A DNA stretch of 56,890 bases, the filler included, from Basidiobolus ranarum (taxonomy: Eukaryota), in assembly GCA_040143965.1 (NCBI GenBank). It is 3 parts of 3 records of this genome, joined end to end, with 100 filler letters (N's around TTAATTAATTAA, not from the genome) between each part and the next. Parts side by side here need not be neighbours in the genome. Positions count along the whole stretch, not along the records: positions 1 to 18,925 come from JASJQH010000264.1; positions 19,026 to 37,935 come from JASJQH010000265.1; 1 more part is not named here. One strand, written 5' to 3'. Positions 11,554 through 21,821 of this stretch are shown piece after piece. The position numbers and the translations under genes were made by a program. The first letter of the stretch is position 1. Every line of letters begins with the position of its first letter. The notes below the pieces were generated by a model. The model did not search any database, had not been told where the DNA came from, and was given only the letters and a program-made list of their open reading frames with translations.

Positions 11554-12241
11554 ATGCTTCGCGCCTTCATCCCTCAAGCTACCAGAATTGGCGTAAGCTC
11601 ACATTATATTTTTCTAGCTTTAGTCAGAGCTAATCCAATCCCTTCATCTTTAAATAGACACGCTCTTTTCATGCTAGTCGCATGAACTGTATCGCCGTTG
11701 GTGAACTACTCCCTAACGTAAAAGTACAGATCGACTCACCTGCTAATGAAGTATCTTCCCGTGATTTTTTCAAACGTAATAAGCGGGCTGTCCTTATTGG
11801 TGTCCCAGGTGCTTTCACTCCTGGCTGTTCTAAGACTCACGTACCTTCGTATCTGACTGCCTACTCTGAGTTGAAGCAAAAGGGGGTCGAACTAGTTGCT
11901 TGCGTCTCAGTTAACGACGCTTTTGTAATGAAAGCTTGGGGAGAGTCCCTCGGTGTCGAAGACAAAATCAAAATGTTGGCTGACCCTAGAGCAGAATTTG
12001 TAAAATCTTTAGACCTCGCCTTTGATGCAACTGGTAAGATGAAGAAATCAATCCCAAGTGAGCACCTAACTAACCTATTTCTATCATGATATCATTCAAT
12101 TATCTAGGTGTTCTCGGATCTGTTCGGTCAAAACGCTTCGCCCTACTTATTGAAGATGCAGTTGTCAAGAAGCTCTATGTTGAACCTGATAATACTGGAA
12201 TTAGCTGCACTTTGGCTCAAACTGTATTAAAAGATTTGTAA
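11554..12241 (+). CDS. PRX5-type peroxiredoxin (Redoxin family) with mitochondrial presequence; introns 11593-11657 and 12034-12107
   Basis: GVPGAFTPGCSKTHVP, CVSVNDAFVMKAWG, RSKRFA and VEPDNTGISCT motifs; spliced N-terminus MLRAFIPQATRIGTRSFHASR. Confidence 0.93.
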
Positions 12242-13125
12242 TCCACTTAACCCTAACCCTAAGATGGATTTCCTTTGGGTATTCCCATCAATGCACTGTG
12301 CACAATGCTTAATAAAAAATGGTCTCAAATATTCAGTTGTATACTTTCTTAAACATTAAGTAAATGCAATATTGATTTGTCACTGTTGTGAATTCGTTAA
12401 TAATATGATAGATGCATAAATCATTACCTATGTTAGCTTTATTTGATGCTCCTGCTGGATGCCTTCTATATCTAGCAGTTAACCTTCCCTCTCTACGTTG
12501 GAGATTTTGATCTGCAATGGTAATTGGTAATATTTCATCCGCAATAATCAAAGTTGGTGTAACAGTCCTCTTATCTAAACTTGAAATGTATACAGTAGAA
12601 TTCATAATAAATCCATGTAGATCTAAATCACGACCAGGATCTCTTGTGGGTTGCTTGCATAGGTTTCTAGTTATTGTGAATTAACCTCTGAAACACTTAC
12701 ACTACCACCATCAGCAACGTGTACCATAGGCAATTATTTCTATCAAAACGCAGATAAAGCGTGCGCATTGTTACTTCGCTATAATAAATATACACATTCC
12801 ATAATGGCGCTCTTCCCTTTGGCCAATAGATTTCTCTAAGATTAAAGAATGGGGCTGCAAAAAGAGGATCCACCTACTTAATTTCACAAACCAACTGGTT
12901 TTTACAAAATAGAAAGCACACTCCGTTTTATTAACGCATATAGTATATTTCAAAAGAAACCATTTACTCATCTACCTGCAACTGCCATTTGCTAAGTTAT
13001 GAATTCTTACACACTTGCATTTAGATTATCGGATAGACCCATTCGTGGTAATCCCTTTTGCTATATAAACCTTGTTGTGATGCGCTACTTTACTTTAATT
13101 TCGAAATTTTATCGTAATTGATCCA

Positions 13126-13806
13126 ATGTACCGAGGTTTTCTACTACTTGCTCTATCGCTCTTTGGTTGCGTTTCCGGTCAAATCAATTGTCCTGAACCT
13201 CAGTTTGCACCGGGGTTACAAATCGATTTATCGGAATGCATCTCTCCTAAATCTAACACTATACTTCCTGCTACTCAGAAGTTTACGGTTAGTTGGGATT
13301 TTGAAGCCACCAGTAAGTGTACGGCCATTTGGAAGAATATCACTGGATACGCTGACTTACAACAGTTGAGCTTCGGTTATCAGGGTTGTAAGGTCTCTGT
13401 TTTCAATGCCTTAACTGAGCCTTTTAAAACATCTAAAGGATCATTGACATCGTTGGAAGAGGCTTGCCGTGGTTGCAGTGCTTCAACTACCAAATTCGCC
13501 TTATATTTAGCAGGAAGTTTCGGTGGTAATAAAGTCTTATTTATGGGCTTCACAAACGTTAAGCTTACTTATCTTAACTTACCTGGCGCTACTCCTACGT
13601 CAAACACTGGAGTTAATGTTGGAGGGTCTGGCTCCAATAGTGGAATCGGAGCTGGGAACAGTATTGGAGGAGGCTCTCCAACACACTCAGCGCCTTCAGT
13701 ATTTGGAACTGCGAAATCTGAAGGTGGAGTAAGCCAAGATTTCACTTACCAATTCACGCTTTTGTTTAGTCTGGTTTCTCTTCTCATTCATCATAATTAT
13801 TGCTGA
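13126..13806 (+). CDS. Secreted, probably GPI-anchored Cys-containing protein of unknown family, 226 aa, intronless
   Basis: Signal peptide MYRGFLLLALSLFGCVSG, Cys-containing domain, Gly/Ser/Thr-rich linker, hydrophobic C-terminus (FTLLFSLVSLLI); TATATAAA at about 13062. Confidence 0.75.
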   Translation: MYRGFLLLALSLFGCVSGQINCPEPQFAPGLQIDLSECISPKSNTILPATQKFTVSWDFEATSKCTAIWKNITGYADLQQLSFGYQGCKVSVFNALTEPFKTSKGSLTSLEEACRGCSASTTKFALYLAGSFGGNKVLFMGFTNVKLTYLNLPGATPTSNTGVNVGGSGSNSGIGAGNSIGGGSPTHSAPSVFGTAKSEGGVSQDFTYQFTLLFSLVSLLIHHNYC

Positions 13807-14586
13807 TTCCAAGGAAATCTCCAGTCATGTTGTCTATAATACTATTCAAGAATAATAAATAATTACTGCTTTTGAATTGTCAAACGAAGTGTTATTCATT
13901 GGTCATGTTTCTAATTACTTTAGTTTAGATTTTACTGAACTCCAATCAATGACTAGATAGATAGTGTGGTAGTAACATAGGATATGTATTTGCCATATAT
14001 AGCCTATGTTACGGATGCCTTTGGAGGCAGTGCTAAAATATGATTCTACCCAAGAGTTTCGCAATATTATATACAAATATAGATGCACATCATTTCTTTA
14101 TACTAAGTTAATGATATATCCTAGTTGTGGCAACGATCGTGTAGGAAAATCAGCGTGAAGAAATAGATGTTATGATCAAATCAACCATTATACATTAAAC
14201 AGCCTTTCGCTTCAATGAGATGAGTAATTACAGGTAGTACTAAAATTAAATGACCCGAGAGGTGTATCAATGGCAGTAACTTTGGATTCTCACCTGATGA
14301 TTTGAGGAGTACAAGTTTATCCATGGTGACTGATTGTCAAACGAAAGCCAAGATGAAATTATCAGTGATATACCTATCAGGTTTTGGCCAAAATTTATGC
14401 ATTAATTAAGGAAAACGAGCTTTTGGATCAGTAGCAAAAATGGTGCACGTTGATCAGCATTATAGATTAGGGTTAGGGTTCATTGAATAGAAATACTTGG
14501 AGCTAAATTTTACTATTATCACTGTTCTTAATTCCAGTGACGTGATACAAAACGAAAATATGCTTCTTTATTCATAATATCTGCAT

Positions 14587-15460
14587 CTACAAGGGCTTGT
14601 AAGCGCTTAGGCGCTCACGAGCATATGCTCCAATAACAGGGTCATTTTCTACAGTCTCACCAAGTTTGTCGAAGATTTTACTATCCTTGAAATGATTTAC
14701 TCCAAAACAACCCAGGAGGCGAATGATGGTGTATGCATGAATATCAATAAGAGATAGCTTAGATCCAACATAATAGCCATTGGCATTCTTGATGAGTTGC
14801 TTTTCGTGGTATTCGGTAACATGCTTGAGGGCAGCTTCCAGATTTATCTTGCCTGCTTCCTTGACCTCCTCAGTTGCGCCTTTACGGATTTGTTGCATTG
14901 TGCTCATAATAGCTGCCCACCCTTCCATAAAGCTATCGATTAGAGCAGCTTCTTGTTCATTGGAGCCAAGGAGACCTATTTAAAGTTAATATTCTGCGTA
15001 TTTCCCATGCAATTCAGTTATGTCTTACCGAATTTACGAGCAAGATAACGTTCAATCACGCAACTTTCACCAAGTTGAAATACCTAAGTATCGATTTAGA
15101 ATATTCCTGATCAGATCTATTAAATAGTCAAGAATACTTACAGAACCATCCTTTTGATGTTCAAAAAGAACAGGAAGACAGCCAAAAGGAGTGTTAGGCT
15201 TCTCCTCTTTCCAGTCCTGAAGAAATGGTTTGTCAAAAGAGAATCTACAATAATATTCATTTTAAACAGATAACCTACAGTAGGGCTACGCTCGGTCCAA
15301 TTCGCCTAAAATGTCATTTGTTAGTAAACATGTAAGACGGTTGTACTTGACAACCATTAATAGTTACCTTGCCGTATTCGAGAATCAAACGAATAGCTTC
15401 ACCACGTCCAGGAAGGGCGAAGTAGTATAGCTCATATTGAGAATTATCAGTGGTAGACAT
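14587..15460 (-). CDS. Glutathione S-transferase (sigma-like), 5 exons
   Basis: N-terminal exon reads MSTTDNSQYELYYFALPGRGEAIRLILEYG; then WKEEKPNTPFGCLPVL, QLGESCVIERYLARK and C-terminal GYYVGSKLSLID; four GT-AG introns. Confidence 0.9.
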
Positions 15461-16429
15461 GCTTGGCTAGCGATTACTGTTCAATTCTCCGCATTTCATG
15501 GACTTTATTTATAACACTTCAGGCAATTTCTCCGTTTTCTTTGGATTTCCACGGCAAAATAAGGCTTACAAATCAGTTGCGATTAGGGGAACACAATGAA
15601 AGTAATGTAGGGTTATTATTGATACGGGGTTAGCAGTAACATGTTGATTTAGTCTGGGGAATTGGGCTATTTTTTACTGTCCTGATAATTTCCTAAGCCT
15701 AATTGTCACACTTATTAGTAAAAAGTTGTAGGGTAAACTCTGTTTCAATATTCTTGACATATCGCGTGATTATAGAGTGTGAAGATTTAATTGGAGACTT
15801 AGTCATTGGTTGATCACAAACTGAATATTGAGATGGGATTTTTAGAGGCTCTAGACAAAATAATCTTGTTGATTGCTACTTGAGCCACTTGAGCAAATAT
15901 GCTTGTCATATTTACAAAAGGCGGAATGAAGAGTAAAAATTCATTTTTAAGCACACTATCGGGCTCCTTATCGATACACTTGACATATCACCAAGTAGCT
16001 AGATTCATATCAATTCATATTGCTGCCTTTATTACTTGTAAAATTACGTCAAATAACTCTGAAATATACCAAGTATGTTGTATGTACAGTGTAGCTCACA
16101 ATTTTGAAATTCATTAGTCAAAAATGAACTAGTCATAAGCAATAATGAACACTATCGCTCATAACCAATTCCTTTTTTTGTAAATATATTTTAAATGACA
16201 ATATGCATGATTCCGCTCTATATTTAACACAACTCAATCAGAGCTCAAATAACAGTATCTAACGTTATAAAGGTGAATCCATTATTGTTTGTGATGTTAC
16301 TTACATCTTTATTCCCTGCAATCATCAGATCTGCTCAGAGCAAATATTATTTTGGCCGTTGCTATTTTTTGACTGTCTGAATTCTAACACAGGTTTATAT
16401 TAAGACATGGTTAGGCCTATTTCCAAATA

Positions 16430-17600
16430 CTATACATTCAAGCGCATTTCTTTTATTTTTCCACTGGTATATTCTTTGTACACAATGCTTTCAGTTAGAG
16501 AGAAGTTATCATATGTGTTGAAGAATATAGGAGATACTCTGGATAGTAAATTAATAACTGGTTTTATTGTGGCGCACCATATACCAAAAGACTCATTTGG
16601 CAATAAATCTGCTTCTCATAGTAGTGTGAATAAGTTAGCACCCAAGCAATATTAAAGACGGTTTATGCCGTGAATAAGTTAGCACCCAAGCAATATTATC
16701 CTTTGTTGAATATCATGCTCTCTGACTCTTCTGGAACTAATGACATATTTTTGGATGCAATAAAATAAAGTTTAAAAGCATTTAGTGTTAGTATTATTCT
16801 CAAATATTCAAACCTGCATAACATATGCAATGACTGCCCGATAGCATAGGTATTGAAGTGCTCAAACTCTGAGTTTATCATATTATGTGAAGATAACATA
16901 GGATTTCCTTCTTAGCAATTAGTGACTTGATCATAAACTAACTTTTAATATTAGTACTGGACGTTCCAAGTCTACTGACTTTGATTATTTCTACTTACTA
17001 CTTCATCAAGTTATTGCTCAGTCAAATAGTCATATATACTGACTAATTATCTTTCTATTTTATCTAAAGATGTCTTTTCTCATTTTTTTCTTATCTAATA
17101 TATCAATGAGCAATCAGTTACTATTAGCATTCATATTAAATTGTATCAATATTGGTAAGACATCATCTGTTCAATAATTCACCAACAGTTGATTCCACTT
17201 TTCAAATAAACATAGTCCAAACTCCTATATAGTCATATATAGCTTAGTATTTAGTTACTCCATAGTCCACTAAGATGTCTCTCACTATTCTCAATTGAAA
17301 TTTACTTAACCAATGTTGAAAGCTTGTCCTACAGGCCCCAAAGCTTGGCACACATGTTCCTGCACCTTCTTTAACACTTTCTACTTATTAGTTTTTTTAT
17401 CCCTTGACAAGACCATCAATGTCAGTATTCCACACAATAAATCAACATGTAAATATCATCAATTTTTCTTATTCTCCAAACCACTCCCAACAAGCTCTAT
17501 AGCTTCTGAATTCCATATTGAGCTTTTATCTGACAAACACAAAGCTAAAAAGCAATTTAGTTTCTTCAGAATGAAATACTTTTTAGTTCATCACCATAAA
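16430..17600 (-). mobile_element. Possible highly decayed DNA-transposon (hAT-like) relic
   Basis: AT-rich, no intact ORF. Minus-strand frames near 16620-16435 give IWCATIKTSY / LLSRVSPIFFNTYDNFSLTESIV..KEMRL, loosely resembling the hAT C-terminal dimerisation consensus. No terminal inverted repeats seen. Confidence 0.25.
16626..16698. repeat. Exact 29-bp direct repeat (GTGAATAAGTTAGCACCCAAGCAATATTA) with a 15-bp spacer
   Basis: Copies at 16626-16654 and 16670-16698. Confidence 0.95.
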
Positions 17601-17851
17601 ATCGGTGACCGAATCTCCAGAGAACAATCTCTTTAGGTCTTGTGCCTTATTATACGTACTCACCGGAGTGGCTTACATGAGCCTCAGTTTCTGAAACAAA
17701 AGGTAGTGGCTGGAGTGATATCGAGAACTAATACTATTTTTGAATAACTTTCTTTATTTTTGCTTTCGTTATAAATTGAGTACATGAGACCCAAATATTA
17801 AGTTGACATGGATTACCATCACCTGAATATCACTTAAGTGTTGAAACTAAA

Positions 17852-18925
17852 TCATAGACTTTTGATAAGCATTGCCAATATCTCGATAAAAGGAGATTGC
17901 ATCAAGGTGGCCTGAGAACCTTCCACTGCTTTAGTGATACACTTGCCCTCAAAGAATGTTGACTATGTATCTTGCAAGCTGCTGATATCTTCGATATAGT
18001 CAAGTTTATCTGGTAATAATCTGAATTGACAGTTATCAGGCTGATATTGTCGTGTATGAGAAATTCGATTGAGCGCGCTAGTTAGCAGTTTCAATGCCAC
18101 TTTATCATCTCTGGAGAAATGCTTATTCAACCCAAACAGTCCCGTATCAAATGAAATTCTTGACCCGCTATTTAAGTGGATTCACGCATTTGATTCATAA
18201 ACTTAATGCTCATCGTAGCAAGTGCCATTGAATATTTCTGGGAGCAATCGATTCCAAAGAGAGGATATGAGTCAAACAAGACGATCAAAGGGTCATCTAC
18301 AGCTATTTTTTGGATTACCACAGCAATGGCAAAAGTAATATTTCCACCGTACGGCCAACCTTCAACTTTGAATCTCCTTCTTCCGAGAGTTCTATGATTG
18401 ACTCTACATATCTTCAACATTGTAGAATGACTTTCTACGTAGAAAACTCAAAAGTTCCGAAGCATATATTCCATATATAGACCCATCATGCTTTAAACAG
18501 TTCAGCAAAGGCTGAAAGCACGATATACCACCAACAGCAGGGATCAAGACAATTGGGATTCCATCTCCTCCCTCCCCTAACATGGTTACCGAGCTGTGGA
18601 TGGCTCCATTTTCATGATTTCGAAGACTAGTATTCTTGGCCAACATGAAGACAGTTGGAGTCTCTAAAAGCATATGCAAGCTACTACTAACTCCTTCCGG
18701 ACCTTGGAGATCAATTGTATCGAGAGTAAAGAATGGCCGCCCAAATCGAAAAAATTATCATTTAGTTCCAAAGAAAGAACATCAGCCATAATTGTAGCCA
18801 TGCCAATCTCTAATGGTGTTTACGGTTCCATGTAGGAAGCTCTTTGCAATATCTCAACTGTGCATCGAGTGTTTCGCTTTGTAGCCATTTCCGTTGCCAA
18901 ACAGTAAAGTCTGCATACTGAATGG
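17852..18925 (-). pseudogene. Decayed NRPS terminal module (PCP + thioesterase), 5' part lost in the gap
   Basis: Minus strand reads YMEP*TPLEIGMATIMADVLSLELNDNFFDLGGHSLLSIQLISKVRKEL (PCP), then frameshifts to LLETPTV. TE segments follow: PIVLIPAVGG, GWPYGGNI..FDSYP, *STFFEGKCITKAVEGSQATLMQSPFIEILA. Several stops and frameshifts. Confidence 0.88.
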
Positions 18926-19025
18926 NNNNNNNNNNNNNNNNNNNNNNNNNNNNNNNNNNNNNNNNNNNNTTAATTAATTAANNNNNNNNNNNNNNNNNNN
19001 NNNNNNNNNNNNNNNNNNNNNNNNN
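18926..19025. other. Assembly gap with artificial six-frame-stop linker TTAATTAATTAA (18970-18981)
   Basis: N-run + TTAATTAATTAA + N-run, 100 nt total, identical to the second gap. Confidence 0.97.
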
Positions 19026-19100
19026 AGAACTTCCATCAATATCCACTCCCCTAGGCATTTATTCAAATGCAAAGACTGGGAGTGTTGGACTTGTAAATAT

Positions 19101-20078
19101 TCAAGTGTAATCTTGTAAAGATTTTTGCCTGATAAGCTTGCCATGGTTCACCAAGTGGGTTATAATGGAGTTATATGTCAATACATCAGGGATTACATCG
19201 TCGTCGAACATTGTCTCCTCTAAAATCCTCTGTGCTTGCTCAAACTCTCCATTTTCCAGACAACTAACAATTGCAATACTATAAACACTCTGTAGATTTC
19301 TCTGGTCGTTAGAGAACCTCTTTAGATGAGATCTAAACTCTTGAAAGTATTTCATAGAACTGGAAAAGTCTTTCGCTTCACCGTAAAGCAGTATCAAAGA
19401 GGCGTAAGTCATAGGAGTAGGCGATAAGTGAGGCAGATCATTGATTTTATCGAGTATCTCAGCCCCCCGCTTGGTATCCCCACGATGGGAGAAATTTCTC
19501 AATAAACCGTCGTAAACTCCCTGTCTATAGTTGAAATGTTTCTCGGTGGATATCAAGATCTCCCAGGCTGTATTTAAGTTATCTTCCTGTTTCCAATTAG
19601 CCTCAGCTTCTGTTGACAAATGTCCCTTCTTAGTATGACGCTTGATAACCTGTTGAAGGTCATTCTCGCGTATACTTAAAGCCTTTAATAGCGAGCCCAA
19701 AGTCGACTCACCGGGGACATATCCCAGTTGGGACATTTCCTGTAGAGTAGCTAGTGCTGGTTTGAGTGAACTGTAGGAAGGGCGTAAATGAATCTGAGCA
19801 TCAAGTAATATTTGGTACTCAAATTTAGATAGCCTCTTCCCTTGGTTTTGTACTCCTTCTATGTGTTTCTCTAATCCTCTCAAGTCTTTCTTTTGCTTAA
19901 ACCGAAGAAGTTGGGTCTCCAAAAGGGAACGCTTATATACACTCCGTATAGGGATTATGTTAGGTCTATGCAGTAACTTGGCATGTTTTACAGCTAAAGT
20001 GGGGGAATTCCTGAAACCAGATATACTATTCGAAAATAGAGGAACAAAATATTCGAAACCTCTCAAAAAACCACTCAT
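19101..20078 (-). CDS. Pentatricopeptide-repeat (PPR) protein, probably mitochondrial, likely 3'-incomplete
   Basis: PPR-like motifs SPTPMTYASLILLYGEAKDFSSSMKYFQEF, VYSIAIVSCLENGEFEQAQRIL and IPDVLTYNSIITHLVNHGK; basic N-terminus; the ORF ends mid-repeat about 75 nt from the contig end. Confidence 0.8.
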   Translation of the reverse strand: MSGFLRGFEYFVPLFSNSISGFRNSPTLAVKHAKLLHRPNIIPIRSVYKRSLLETQLLRFKQKKDLRGLEKHIEGVQNQGKRLSKFEYQILLDAQIHLRPSYSSLKPALATLQEMSQLGYVPGESTLGSLLKALSIRENDLQQVIKRHTKKGHLSTEAEANWKQEDNLNTAWEILISTEKHFNYRQGVYDGLLRNFSHRGDTKRGAEILDKINDLPHLSPTPMTYASLILLYGEAKDFSSSMKYFQEFRSHLKRFSNDQRNLQSVYSIAIVSCLENGEFEQAQRILEETMFDDDVIPDVLTYNSIITHLVNHGKLIRQKSLQDYT

Positions 20079-20555
20079 CCGGGAATGAAAGGAGAAATAA
20101 AAGGATATTTACAAAGGGAAGAAAGTGAGAGAATATAGATTAATTATATAGAGTAGCTTTAAAGAGCCACTGCAGTTGCTAGAATCTCATAAATCTCGAC
20201 ACTTTCTATACTTTTGATAATCATCACAGATTGAATAAATTTTTGGGAAACTTAAATTTTCTACTCTTAGATCACCGCTTCCCCAGATTTTAGTCACGCG
20301 CAAACGATAGACCGTATCCGTAACCGTAACCGCACATTTTAATAAACTATGAAAAACCATAATGCATGGCAGATATTTGCTTTGAAGACAACATTTTATA
20401 TATTTTTCTTGGTGTTGGAAAGAAAGATGCTAGACTTTTTAACGGGAAAAAGCCAAATGAGAATTTGTGATGACATAGGATTACAAAGAAAAAATAATGA
20501 TGAGTGAAGAAACACTTTTTCTTGTTCTAAAATTTTCAAAAATCAATTATTTGAC

Positions 20556-21372
20556 TTATTCCATAACAATGGTAGCACCAAGAGCCTCCAAGGTCTTCTT
20601 AAGGGCTTCAGCTTCTTCCTTGGGGACATTCTCCTTGATGACCTTGGGGGCACTCTCGACGAATTTCTTAGCCTAAAAGTATAGATATGATTAATCCTTG
20701 GTTCACTCGTTAAAATTTACTCTGAAAATAAATTACCTCAACTAAGTTGCAACCGGGAATAATACCCTTGATTTCACGAATAATCTTAGCCTTGGAGGCA
20801 GCATCGAACTTATCAAGCTTAACGTTGAACATAGTCTTCTCGGGAGCCTTCTCCTCCTGTAAAAAGACGGTTTAAGTATACATATACAAGTAATACATGA
20901 AATTACGGAAGAAAATTACTTCAGCAGCAGCGGCACCGGGGGCAGCGGCAGCAGCAACTTGCACAACGGGAGCGGCAATATCTTGGATGTTAAGTCTCTC
21001 TTTCAACAACTTCACCAAGTCAGCAGTTTCCAATAAGGTCAAACCAGAGATTTCATTAACAATGTTGCTAATCTTGGGGCTAACAGTCTTGCTTTCACCG
21101 GGAGTGGGGGCAGCCTCGGTAGAATAGAAAGAGTGGCGGTTGACCAAAACTGAGGAGAAAATGGTACGTGGAGCTTGTCTACTTACATACAGTTAGAGAA
21201 GATAAGAAAATAGCTTTAACCGGTAGCGTAACTTACCTAGCCAAAGCTTGACGAGTAACAGCACGGAGAGCGACACGGGTTTGAAGAGCAAAAGCCTAAG
21301 ATACAAACATACCACTATAAGTCTCTATAAAGGGTGAGTTAAAAAGAACTATCAGGATAGTAGGTTTACCAT
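20556..21372 (-). CDS. MNP1: Mitochondrial ribosomal protein L7/L12 (bL12m), 5 exons
   Basis: [30 protein letters not shown], Ala-rich hinge, and C-terminal [42 protein letters not shown]; the first exon is the ATG alone. Confidence 0.92.
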
Positions 21373-21821
21373 TGAGACAGAAGAATACTTGTTGAGAAGT
21401 CAAGCAGGTATCACTATGATGAAGTTCATTCAAATCATTTCTTGGTTGCGAGAAATTTGTTCAAAATTTTCCACACGTGATACAGGAATATTTTGTCCAA
21501 GATACCCTAATGAATCGATATGATATAAATACATCGAGGAAAATCGATAAATTACGGACAACTCACTAATTAGACTAAAATAGCTCAATAAGAAACAAAT
21601 AAATAAAAGCATTTAAAAATGTTGGCTGTATTTTTAATTAGAAAAATATCTAATTTATGATAAATGCGAGTTATATTTGAGAATCCTTTTTAAATGTAAA
21701 ACTAGATCCAACATTACGACTTTTCTGAAGTAAAAAGTATACCAAGATTTACAATCGATTAAACTAGTGCTACCTAATTTGTTTGTAACTCACTAACTTC
21801 TCTCTATAACGTAATCTCACC

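Noticed and set aside
12333..12605. 90-aa minus-strand ORF
   Set aside because: No motif, splice structure or compositional support.
16626..16698. 29-bp repeat-spacer-repeat resembling a mini CRISPR
   Set aside because: Only two repeats, a 15-bp spacer, no cas genes, and a eukaryotic context.
18970..18981. TTAATTAATTAA palindromic motif in both gaps
   Set aside because: Artificial contig linker with stops in all six frames.
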